Of a stretch of 64,000 bases of DNA, positions 1 to 10,713 are shown one piece after another (the stretch's first letter is position 1; each line of letters begins with the position of its first letter). A program made the position numbers and the translations under genes. Where the stretch lies: assembly GCA_951406725.2 (NCBI GenBank), contig OX597829.1, positions 34,658,001 through 34,722,000 on the forward strand, in the 5' to 3' direction. Below the pieces are notes generated by a model. It made no database searches, was not told the origin of the DNA, and was given only the letters and a program-made list of their open reading frames with translations. This stretch comes from Octopus vulgaris (taxonomy: Eukaryota).

Positions 1-142
1 GTATATTTTTAAATCACCCACTCTCACTCCATCTCTCGTTTTTTCTTTTTCTCTTTCACTTTTCATCGACCTCACTTTTTGACTCGTATGTCCTATCCAT
101 CCCTATTTCTGTTCATTCTCTCTGTTCCTTTGATTTGTCTAG

Positions 143-276
143 AAACAATCTCCCGTGCAATAGCCATCAAGAGGTACCAATCCAAGAACACTCAGTTTCT
201 GTCATTGATCAAGGACCAGGTTATTGATGTGAAGAGTAAAGGAGGTGGGCGCGTCCCCTACCTTTGGGGTGGTGAG
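143..276 (+). CDS. TANGO1: TANGO1/MIA3-family exon (first in window): N-half of MIA-type SH3-like (MOTH) domain
   Basis: Pyrimidine tract + ctag acceptor, GAG|gtatgt donor, phase 1 to 0. Encodes TISRAIAIKRYQSKNTQFLSLIKDQVIDVKSKGGGRVPYLWGGE, which resembles the MIA/TANGO1 SH3-like domain. Confidence 0.9.
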
Positions 277-531
277 GTATGTATATATATATATATTTGT
301 ATGTGTGTATATGTGTACATAATAATTTTCATGGTCTTGAATCATTAATCTCTACGCATTTTTCTTTTCGTTGTTTTTGCATTGTCTCTCCTTTTTTCTC
401 CCTCTTAATTCTTCCTGTAAAAAAGCATAAACTCAAAACTTTAAACACTTTTCAATTCTTCCTGAGTGTTAAACTTGTTGTTCCTATAGCTGTCTTTGTC
501 TTTTGTTTCTATAAATTTGAACTGTACATTA

Positions 532-869
532 AAAAGAGACCTCCTTCGGTCATGAATGACCATAGGATTGCACCTAGAAAGTTATCCTCCTAGACACAAG
601 TCCGGGCAAGGTTGTTTATGGAAGACCAGCAGTCGCCCATGCATACCAGCCTCCCCTCTCCACGCCACCGATGTTATCCAAGGGAAAGACAAAGGTCGAT
701 ACAGCTTGGCACCAGTGACGTCGCAACTCATTTCTACAGCTGAGTGAACTGGAGCAACGTGAAATAAAGTGCTTTGCTCAAGAACACAACACGCAGCCCG
801 GTCCGGGATTCGAGCTCACAACCTCACGATCGTAAGCTCGACGCTCTAACCACTAAGCCATGCGCCTTC
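532..869 (-). mobile_element. Young tRNA-derived SINE (family A)
   Basis: Minus strand starts gaaggcgcatggcttagtggttagagcg (pol III A box) with a B-box-like gctcgaatccc. 11-bp TSD actgtacatta at 521-531 and 870-880. Near-identical to 37809-38157. Confidence 0.85.
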
Positions 870-1115
870 ACTGTACATTATATATACATATATACATATA
901 CAAATACATATATATATATATGTATATATGTATATTGTAATTAATTTTTTACTGTAAAGAATATTTGTGTGTGTGTGTAGATATATATATATAATGATCA
1001 ATATGTATGAAAATCATATCTTTATTTTAGATCACACCTTAAAAATCCAACAATTGTTACAATTGCATTAACATACACATATATACATTCATATGTCTGT
1101 CTGTCTGTCTGTCTC

Positions 1116-1145
<30 letters not shown>

Positions 1146-1146
<1 letters not shown>

Positions 1147-1400
1147 CATCATCATCATCATCATCGTTTAACGTCCGTTTTCCGCGCTAGCACGGGTTGG
1201 ACGGTTCGACTGGGGTCTGGGAAGCCAGGGGCCGCTCCAGGCTCCAGTCTGATCTGGCAGAGTTTCTACGGCTGGATGCCCTTCCTAACGCCAACCACTC
1301 CGTGAGTGGAGTGGGTGCTTTTTACGTGCCACCTGCACAGGGGCCAGGGGGTCCGGCATCGGTCACGATCGGTTCGAGCTTTTTAACGTGCCCGCGGCAC
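1146..1400 (-). mobile_element. RTE-type LINE 3' end with (CAT)n/(ATG)n tail
   Basis: catcatcatcgtttaacgtcc...ggatgcccttcctaacgccaacc terminus, shared with the RT-bearing copy at 7690-10350. Further copies near 5400, 7195, 22280, 28900, 48260 and 60835. Confidence 0.75.
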
Positions 1401-1669
1401 GGGGGCAACAGGGATCCGGGGTACTTGGAATGGGTGGGGGTGGGGAAGGTTGGGGGGGGGGTAAGGAGGAACGATGGCAGGAAGGGTTGGTGCAGGCTCG
1501 TAAGAAATAAAAACGTAGGATAATTACGAGGCGGGGAGGGGACTGGAAGGAGATAGTCGGATTGAGGCAGTGTCAGATTCAAAACAGGAGGAAGCGTAAG
1601 ATCAGTGGGCGGTTGAAGAGCTGTGACGCTAGTAGCTTGTCTTTTCACATATATGTATGTATATATGTA

Positions 1670-1880
1670 TGTAGAGTTAATCCAAACATGAAAACACAAA
1701 GAGAAAACACAACAATGTGAGGACGTGGAACAAGTAAAGTGTTATTGGACGCACAGGAAAGAAAGAAGGAGGATTTAACGTTTTGAGCCGAGCTCTTCGT
1801 CAGAAACATAGGAAAAGGAAAGATCCAAGGAAGGGAAGATGGAGGAAAAAAATCGCCAACGATACACACGCAATCACACA
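1670..1880 (-). mobile_element. Penelope-like terminal-repeat fragment with hammerhead-like core
   Basis: Minus strand reads CTGACGA-A-GAGC-tcg-GCTC-AAAAC-GTT. A more decayed relative lies on + at about 400-520. Confidence 0.45.
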
Positions 1881-1884
1881 CACA

Positions 1885-2164
1885 CACATCACCAACAACA
1901 AAACTGAACACCTTTTTGATCTCCATGTGTCTAACACACGTGGACATGCCTACAAAGTCAGAAAACAATACAGCTCCCATGACTTTCGGAAACATTTTTT
2001 CACGCTCAGAGTTGCTGAAGCATGGAATAAACTGCCTGCGTCAGTTGTTGACTGCCATGACACTGCATCTTTTAAGGCCCTCATGCTTTCCGAAATCCGC
2101 CGAAACTACACCTGATTATATATACACTTTAGATGAGTTGTAGTGCACCTGAGCACTGTACACA

Positions 2165-2190
<26 letters not shown>
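1885..2190 (+). mobile_element. CR1/L2-like LINE 3' fragment with (ATT)n tail
   Basis: Encodes NTRGHAYKV...FRKHFFTLRVAEAWNKLP, a typical CR1-group ORF2 C-terminus. Same family at 55465-56222 and 36500-36900. Confidence 0.8.
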
Positions 2191-2199
<9 letters not shown>

Positions 2200-2611
2200 C
2201 ACACACATACATAATATTATTAAAATTAATAATAATATGTACGAAAGTTTATGTCAATACAACATTCTGACTGAACATCTGAAAAAATTTTAGCTGTTAA
2301 AAAATGCTAACAAAAAGAAACACCAAGAGTGACATCATTGAATAACTAATTTAGTTCATAAAAATAAAATATAAAAAATACCATACTAATTCCATATATT
2401 TTGATAAGTTGAAATCTATATAAAAAAAACCTAACATAGAAAATGATTATATTTATCTAATAAAATTGATGATGTCACTGGACATCTAAAGAACAAAAAC
2501 TGCAGATAAAAATGCAAAGTTATGCTTAATAGAAACTTATATACATTATGTCACATCATGGAAGTTGAGCTTTTGTGATAAATTTTCGTACATATTATTA
2601 TTATTTATTAT

Positions 2612-3690
2612 TATCATCGTTTAACGTCTGCTTTCCATGCTGTCATTGGTTGGAGGATTTGACTGAGGACTAACAAACCAGATGGCTGCACCAGACTCCA
2701 ATCTGATCTGGCAGAGTTTCTGTAGCTGGATGCCCTTCCCAATGCTAACCATTCCGAGAGTGTAGTGGGTGCTTTTACGTGCCACTGGCATGAGGGCCAT
2801 TCAGGCGGTAATGGCAACGTCCCATGCTCAAATGGTGTTTTTTACATGTCACCAGCACAGGAGTCAGTCCAGCGGCTCTGGCAACGATCTCACTTGAACG
2901 TTTTTCATGTGTCACCGGTACGAGTGCCAGTATGGCAACGCTGGTAACAATCACATTTGAATGGTACTTTTTACATGCCACCGGCATGAAAGCTAGTCAG
3001 CTGCTCTGGCAGTGATCACACTTGGATGGTGCTCTTAGCACTCCACTGGTACAGGTGCCAGTCATTGAATTTGCTACTTTGATTTGATTTCACTTGCCTC
3101 AACAGGTCTTCGCAAGCAGAGTTTAGCGTCCATAGTGTCCACTGAAGGAAAGGTATGCATAAGTGGGCTAGTTACACCCTGGCATAGGCCATGGGTTATG
3201 GCCTCACTTGGCTTACCCGGGTCTTCTCAAGCACAGCATATTTCCAAAAGTCTTGGTCAATAGTCATTGGTTTGGTGAGGCCTAATGTTCAAAGGTCGAG
3301 CTTTACCAGCTCATCCTAGGTCTTCCTGAGTCTACCTCTTCCACAGGTTCCCTTAGCCGCTAGGGTGTGGCACTTTTTTACACAGCTATCCTCATCCATT
3401 CTTCCCACATGACCATACTAGCACAGTTGTCTCTCTTGCACACCACATCTGATGCTTCTTAGGACCAACCTTTCTTTCAAGGTACTTACACTCTGCCGAG
3501 TATGCACACTGACATTACACATCCATCAAAGCATACTGGCTTCATTCCTTGCAAGCTTATGCATGTCCTTAGCAATCACGGCCCATGTTTCAATGCCATG
3601 TAGCATGGCTGTTCATACACGTGCGTCATACAGTCTAACTTTTACTCTAAGCGAAAGGTCCTTTGTCACCAGCAGAGTTAAGAGCTCTCT
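2612..3690 (-). mobile_element. 5'-truncated decayed RTE LINE
   Basis: Carries the RTE 3' terminus plus decayed ORF2 C-terminal sequence homologous to 8100-8600. Confidence 0.75.
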
Positions 3691-3691
3691 G

Positions 3692-3900
3692 AGGTTGTTT
3701 TATGGAAGACCAGTAGTCGCCCATGCATACTGGCCTCCCCTCTCCACGCCACCGATGTTATCCAAGGGAAAGACAAAGGCCAATACAGCTTGGCACCTGT
3801 GACATCGCAACTCATTTCTACAGCTGAGTGAACTGGAGCAAAAGTGTCTTGCTCAACAACACAACACACAGCCCTGTCCGGGATTCGAGCTCACAACCAC
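3692..3900 (-). mobile_element. SINE family A fragment adjoining RTE relic
   Basis: Matches 609-820 of the full copy (ggaagaccag...ctcatttctacagctgagtgaactggagca). Confidence 0.75.
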
Positions 3901-4012
3901 ATGAGTGTAGTGGGTGCTTTTTACGTGTCACCGACATGTACGCCAGTCGGGTGGCGCTGGCATCTGCCACATTCGGACGGTGCTTTTTATGCGTTACCGG
4001 CATGGGTATCTT

Positions 4013-4116
4013 AATATATATATACACATATATGTATATGTATATATATGTATATGTATATATATGTATATGTATATATATGTATATGTCTATATAAGTA
4101 TATGTATATATATATG

Positions 4117-4149
<33 letters not shown>

Positions 4150-4186
4150 CTATATATATGTGATGTGTGTATATATATATGTGTGA

Positions 4187-4218
<32 letters not shown>

Positions 4219-4340
4219 TATATATGTGATGTGTGTATATATATATGTGTGATGTGTATATATATATATATATATATATCTATATATATGTGATGTGTAT
4301 ATATATATGTGAAGTGTATATATATATATATATATATGTG

Positions 4341-4377
<37 letters not shown>

Positions 4378-4410
4378 ATGTGTGTATATATATATATACA
4401 TATATATATT
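4013..4410. repeat. Compound (TA)n microsatellite with repeated gtgatgtg(t) spacers
   Basis: Visible directly. Confidence 0.9.
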
Positions 4411-4669
4411 AAGTAGAAAATGAAGAAACTCTGATTGAGGTGTATAAGTAGAGAGAGTGATGAGCAGTGGCAGAGATGGATAACTGATGAGAGAAATGTT
4501 GAATGGCAATAAGTAGCTCAGCAAAGTGAGAATGATGACCTGCAAAAATAGAATGGGTGTCTCTTGCATGCAAATCTCATGATGGGAAAGAGAGGTGAAA
4601 TAATGTTGGCATTAGAAGAGGGTTTTACACTTCCTATATTCATCTTATACTCTCTCTTCTCCTCTACAG

Positions 4670-4759
4670 GTAGATGGACAGTTTGGCTATTTCCCCATAT
4701 CCCATGTCAAAGAAATAGAGGTGTTAGTTTCAAATCCTTCGCATCTTGTTGCCACAGGG
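4670..4759 (+). CDS. TANGO1: TANGO1 exon: C-half of SH3-like domain
   Basis: ctctacag| and |gtgagt, phase 0 to 0. Encodes VDGQFGYFPISHVKEIEVLVSNPSHLVATG, containing the MIA-family FGYFP motif. Confidence 0.92.
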
Positions 4760-5659
4760 GTGAGTATATGCTTATATATATATATGTATGTTTATATGTG
4801 TATAAATATATCTTTGTGTTTTATCTTATTTACATATATATGTAAGTTTATGTATGTAATTATACAAATATGCATTATGTATGTGTATATATGTATGTGT
4901 ATTTATATCATATTTTTGCTTTTTACTTGCTGGGTATGGAGACAGTTTCTCTGGCATTTGCAAGACTTCTGAGACTGATGAGGTTTGATGCCCTCAGCAT
5001 TCCACTTAAATTGTTGCATGTCTACAGGAGAGGCAAGTAGGGAGTTCAGAAGATTCAATGCTTAAGAAGAAAGCACTGAGCATAGCAGATAGTGTGGGCT
5101 GGTTGGTTGAGACAAATGAATCGAGAGTACCTGAACAGATGTTGCAGAAAGCATGCAAGCTTTAGAAAGATCGTTAAAATACATTAATGAAACAGTATGC
5201 CTATGAGTCCAATGGAGGTGCATGACTGTAAGTAACTTTATGTTTGTCAATCAAATAGCCTAACTGTGGATGTGGTCTAGGATGTTTATGTACATAGCAG
5301 CAGCTGTCTTGTGAACTTTGTTTCGAGTAATGCTTGCATTTTTTTTGCTGTTAAAAAAAACAAAATTAGCTGAAGGATCCTCCTCCTCATCCTCACCACC
5401 ATCATCATTATCATCATCACCATCATCGTCATCATCGTTTAACGTCTGTTTTCCATGCTGGCATGGGTTGGACGGTATAACTGAGAACTGTCAAGCCAGG
5501 AACCTGCACCAGGCTCCAGTCTGATCTGGTAAGGTTTCTACAGCTGGATGCCTTTCCTCACACCAACCACTCCGAGACTGTAGTGGGTGCTTTTTACGTA
5601 CCACTGGCCCAGGGGCCAGTCAGGTGGCACTGGCATCAACCACGCTCATATAATTAAAA

Positions 5660-6950
5660 CTGAATTGGTGTGAGGTATTGCATGTGTGTGGTACATAACT
5701 AGAGAAGCTTAGAGAAAAATACTCGGCAGTATCATCTGTGTAAGAGTCTGCATTGTCAGATACTGTGTCATATTGAAAGTGCATGCAATAGGATGATAGT
5801 TGGCAGGATCAGAGGGAGTGCTCTTCTTGAGAATGGAACACAAATCAGGGTATATTCTCATAGAGAACAAAAAAATTGAGGAGTTTGGTGAATATAAGGC
5901 CTAGTTCTCTTGGGTACAATTTTTGAAGGTAATGGAAGTGTTGTTTTGTTGACCTGAAGTAACCAGAGGTATTTTCATAATTAACATGTGCATACTGGAT
6001 TTGGAGAAAATTTGCCCAATGTGTTGAATTTGAAGTGGGCAGAGTGAGTGGAGTCTTTCTTCCTGAGGGTATAGAACTGACATTGTTAAGAAATGGAAGG
6101 AGGAGAAGAGGATTCATTCTTTTGGCAAGGGACCAGGATTGGTTGCTGTTTATGAGTTTGAGAGCTGTGTGATGTATGCAAGCTTCTTTTACAATTTGAA
6201 TAACCGTCTTGCTAGAGTTGTAGTGCTTGGCAAACACCTTCCAATTTGTTGTGGGATAGTTATTACAGACACTACAGAACAGCTAAACAGCTGCAGCTAT
6301 GAATGAACCACTTTGTAGGCTTTGGAATATTAAGGTTTTGTTGTGTGTATCATGTTGAATGATACCTAAAAAGACGATTTCTGTCATAAACACTTATCTG
6401 TTTCTGATAGATCAGGAGTGAAGGCCATGTATGCCCAGAGATAATTATCACAAAAGTAGTCGAACTCTAACCATTGGTTGCATTGAAGTACCATAGATGT
6501 TGTGTAGTATTGGTTAATTTTGATGAATTGCTTTATGATTTGGTTGAAGTTGGAATTTGGATATGGACTGTCAATTGAGAGTGATGAGTGATTGAAAGAG
6601 TAGAGTCAGCATTTGTATAGACATAACCTTTCAGAGTGAAGTTTAAGTAGATGTGTATAGCCTGGACAGCAGAAATGGGAAATTTGTGTTTTGGGAGGAT
6701 TATAATGTAGGATTCGCATGTTAATATTAATTCATGAATGAAATTGAAGATAGAATGAAATCTACAGATGTTAAAGAAGAGGAAGGGAAATTATTCGATG
6801 GGTTTAGTTGTGGATTCTGGTATTTGGGGAAGGATGATGGTGTGTTGATAGATTGCAAGAACCTCATACTGCAGTGCTTCCCAAAGTGGATGGTGTTTTA
6901 ACCAGGGAGTGTGACTGTGGAATTTTTATTGGTGACAGAAGAGGTAGATG
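5660..6950 (-). mobile_element. Highly decayed LINE ORF2 (pre-RT region)
   Basis: Minus strand near 5790-5845 reads PILKKSTPSDPANYHPIA, matching the P.LKKG..DP.NYRPI motif that precedes non-LTR RTs. Confidence 0.5.
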
Positions 6951-7194
6951 GAGGCAAACAGATGCATCTGTACAGATTTTTGTTTTCTTAATCTGTCTAT
7001 TATTTCAATATGGACTCTGATAAACTGCATGTTACCCATAATCACAACAAAGCACAAATGAAAACATCAACAATAATAATAATAAACTAAAATATACATT
7101 AAAAAAAAAGCCAAATAAGTTTTAGAAGCACTGTTCTTTTGGAATTTTGATCCAGTTCTTGAGACAAGTCTACAAAGGCACTCATGAGCCAAGT

Positions 7195-10100
7195 CATCAT
7201 CATCATTGTTGTTTAATGTCCGCTTTCCATGCTGGCATGGGTTGGATGGTTTGACCGAGGACTGGCAAGCAGGGAGGCTGCACCAGGCCCCAATCTGATT
7301 TGGCAAGCTTTCTTCAGCTGGATGCCCTTCCTAATGCCAACCACTCTGAGAGTGTAGTGGGTGCTTTTTACATGTCACCAGTATGGGAGCCAGTCAGGCA
7401 ATACTGGCATCGATCATGCTCGAATGGTGCTTTTTAAGTGCCAGCAGCCAGTCAGGCAGCACAGTATATCTCCAAAGATCAGGGTTGCTTGTCATTACTT
7501 CTGTGAGGCCCAACATTCGAAGGTCATTCTTCACCACCTCATCCCACATCTTCTTGGGCCTACCTCTCCCACAGGTTCCCTCCACAGTTAGAGATCATCG
7601 CTTCTTTTCACAGCTTGGTGCAGTCCTCTGGTTTGCTGACTCCTATCAAATTGGCCATCTCATACCAGCATGGACGATGGATGTTCATCATTATTTAGCA
7701 CCTACTGTCCATGCTAGCATGGGCTGGATGGTTTGACCAGGGCTGGCAGGCTGGAAGGCTGCACCAGGCTCCAGTCTGATTTGGCATGGTTTTCTATGGC
7801 TGGATGCCCTTCGTAACACCAACCACTCCAAAAGTGTAATGGGTGTTTTTACATACCACTGGTATTGGTGCCATTTGTATCATACCAGAATCTGCCACAA
7901 CTGTGGTTTTACTTGGCTTGATGGATCTTCTTCTCAAGCATGACATAATGCCAAAGATCTTGGTCATTGTCTCCATGGGGCCCAACACTCAAAAGGAGCT
8001 TTTCACATGCCACTGGCATCAGCCACTTTGCCTCCTTGAAATCCAACACTTGAAAGGTACTTTTTACATTCCACCAGCACAAGTGCCAGTTACCTGACAC
8101 CAGCATCAGCCATGACTATGATTTCACTTGGCTTGACAGGTCTTCTCGAGCACTGCATATCACCAAAGGTCTCGGTCGCTAGTCATTGCCTCTGTGAAGT
8201 CCAAAGTTCGAAGATCATGCTTCACCACGTTTTCCTGGGTCTACCTCTACCACAGGTTCCCTCCACAGAGAACAGCACTTATTTACACAGCTGTCCTCAT
8301 CCATATGCATCACATGACCATACCAGCATAGTCATCACTCTTGCACACCACATCTGATGTCTCTTATGTCCAACTATTCTCTCAAAATGCTTACCCGCTG
8401 TCAAACATGCACACTGATATTGCACATCCAACAAAGCCTACTAGCTTTATTTCTTTCAAGCCTACGCATGTCCTTGGCTGTCACTGGCCATGTTTCACTG
8501 CAGTGTAGCATAGCTGTTTGCACACAGGCATCATACAATCTACCTTTCACACTGAGGGAGAGGCCTTTTGTTTCCAACAGAGGTAGGAGCTCTCTGAACT
8601 TTGCCCAATCTAATATTATTCTCACAGCTAAACTCTTAGAGCATCCACCTCCACTACTAACTTGATCACCTAGATAATGGAAGCTATCTACTACTTCTAG
8701 CTTACACCCCTGGCAGTTTCTGTACATTTTTTGTACATTTTCAGTGTTTATTGTACCTGTGCATCTTCCACACTTGAAAGCTATTTTTCTTTTTAATATT
8801 GCTTTTAATATTCCTTTTGATATTGATGCACCTCTTATGTATCTATAACTTACACCAAGTACATCTACCTATGCCTTGTAAATGCCTTCCTACTTACTAA
8901 AGCTTTGGTTTTTGAGAGGTTAACTCTAAGGCCCTTCTCTTCTAACTTTGCTTCCACACCTGAAACTTCTTTTCTAGTACTGGTAGTGATTCAGCTATAA
9001 GAACAAGGTTATCAGCATAGAGGAGCTCCCAGGGTCAACCTGTCTTAAATTGCATGGTTATTACCTGGAGGACTATGATGAACATGAGAGGGCCGAGGAC
9101 CAAATCTTGGTGAACCCCTACTTGTACCCTGAATTCTTTGCTGTACTCATTGCCAATCCTCACCTTATGCGTTGCATCTCTGTACATGGTTTGTACAGCT
9201 CTCACCAACCACTCATTTATCCCTAGTTTCCACATTGACCACCAGATAAGGGATCAAGGCACCCTGTCAAAGGCTTTCTCCAAGTCAACAAAAGCCAAGT
9301 ACAGAGGTTTATCTTTGGCTATGTATTTCTCCTGCAGCTGCCTTACCAGAAATATAGCATCAGTGGTGCTTTTCCCTGGCACAAACTCAAACTGCATCTC
9401 ATCTAGACTAACTCTCTTTCTAATTAGTTGGGCTATGACTCTCTCTGTAACTTTCATCACCTGATCCAACAATTTGATATCTCTGTAATCATTTCTTTCT
9501 AAGGCATCACCTTTATCTTTGTAGCAGTTGATTATGGTGCTGCTACACCAGTCACTGGGTATGACTCTTTCGTGAACCACTTGATTTATAATACAGGTGA
9601 CTAGACCATAACCCACACCACCAGATATTTTAAGCATCTCAGTGGTGATTCCTGATGGACTGGGGACTTTACCTGCCTTCATATCCTTAATTGCTTTATC
9701 TACTAAGGTATTATCAATTTGGATAGCTGGTTCTTCAATTGGGTCAACATTTGGCAGACTCTCCTCCTCCCATTTATTCTCCATATTCAGCAGTCTTTCA
9801 TGATGGCATTTCCAAGCCTCTTTCTTTGCAGAATTATTAAATGCAAGTGTGCTATCATCCATGCAGACACATTTCTCTCCTATGACATCACAATCTTTCT
9901 CATACGTTCACAATCCAAAGCACTTCAAGTCTTTGGTCCTCACATCACTGGACATAGGCAAACTTCTTCTTTTCTGCTTCTCCCTTGGCTAGATATACTT
10001 GTCTCCTAGCTTCCCTTCTGGCTGATACAATTCTCTGCTCTTCCAGGCCTTTTTCTTTGTTCTAATGGCTCTGTCTACAGCATCATTCCACCACCATGTC

Positions 10101-10350
10101 ATCCTAGGTCTGGATGGGACTTTTCACCAGCCACAGATTTTTTCTTTGGCACTCAACAAACTGTCCTGCAGGAATTCCCAGTTACCCTCTATATCATGTC
10201 TGTAGCTTCTCCTCCCTCACATCAAATTTCTCAATTAGGATGTCCTTAAATTTCTGGTCATATGAAGAGACAAGCTTCCAAATCTTTCTCTTCCAGATTG
10301 GTCAGCTTCTTGGTATCATCCTGGCCTGGAGTCTAAAGTCACTAGTGACT
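7195..10350 (-). mobile_element. Decayed RTE-clade LINE(s), including reverse transcriptase
   Basis: Frameshifted ORFs 9254-9862 (YKDKGDALERNDYRDIKLL...STTDAIFLVRQLQEK...LAFVDLEKAFDRVP), 9035-9235 (VGVHQ...LGPLMFIIV), 8401-8727 (FHYLG) and 7394-7585 (GRGRPKKMW). Two stacked 3' ends. Confidence 0.9.
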
Positions 10351-10389
10351 ATGTGTGTGTGTGTGTGTGTGTAATAATAATGATAATAA

Positions 10390-10580
10390 TAATGGTTTTA
10401 AATTTTGCCACAAGGGAAGAGGACTAATAGATTACATCGACCCCAGTGTTTTACTGGTACTTAATTTATTGACCCCAAATGTCAACCTTGGTGAAATTTT
10501 AACTCAGAATGTGAAGACAGACAAAATACTGTTAAGCATTTCACCTGGCGTGCTAACAATTCTGCCAGCTCGCCACCTTC
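10390..10580 (-). mobile_element. SINE family B (Deu/Nin-like central domain), partial
   Basis: Reverse complement matches 30370-30600 (ggcgagctggcagaa...ggggtcaataaattaagtaccag...ctggggtcgatgtaatc). Confidence 0.7.
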
Positions 10581-10713
10581 ATAATGATGATAATAATAAT
10601 AATAATAATAATAATTATGATCTCAGTCTTGTAGAGCTTGTACAGAGAGTTTGCTGTCCTGTCAAGTTTCTACAGAAAGTTTGATGTCCTTGACCTTTGA
10701 TTGTGTATATTAA

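Noticed and set aside
79-142. ORF start MSYPSLFLFILSVPLICL looks like a signal peptide
   Set aside because: It is the translated polypyrimidine tract before the phase-1 acceptor at 143. The family's N-terminal Cys motif is missing, so the true first exon is probably upstream of the window.
795-870. tRNA-like sequences (also near 34015-34090 and 37809-37885)
   Set aside because: They continue into SINE bodies with tails and TSDs, so they are SINE heads rather than tRNA genes.
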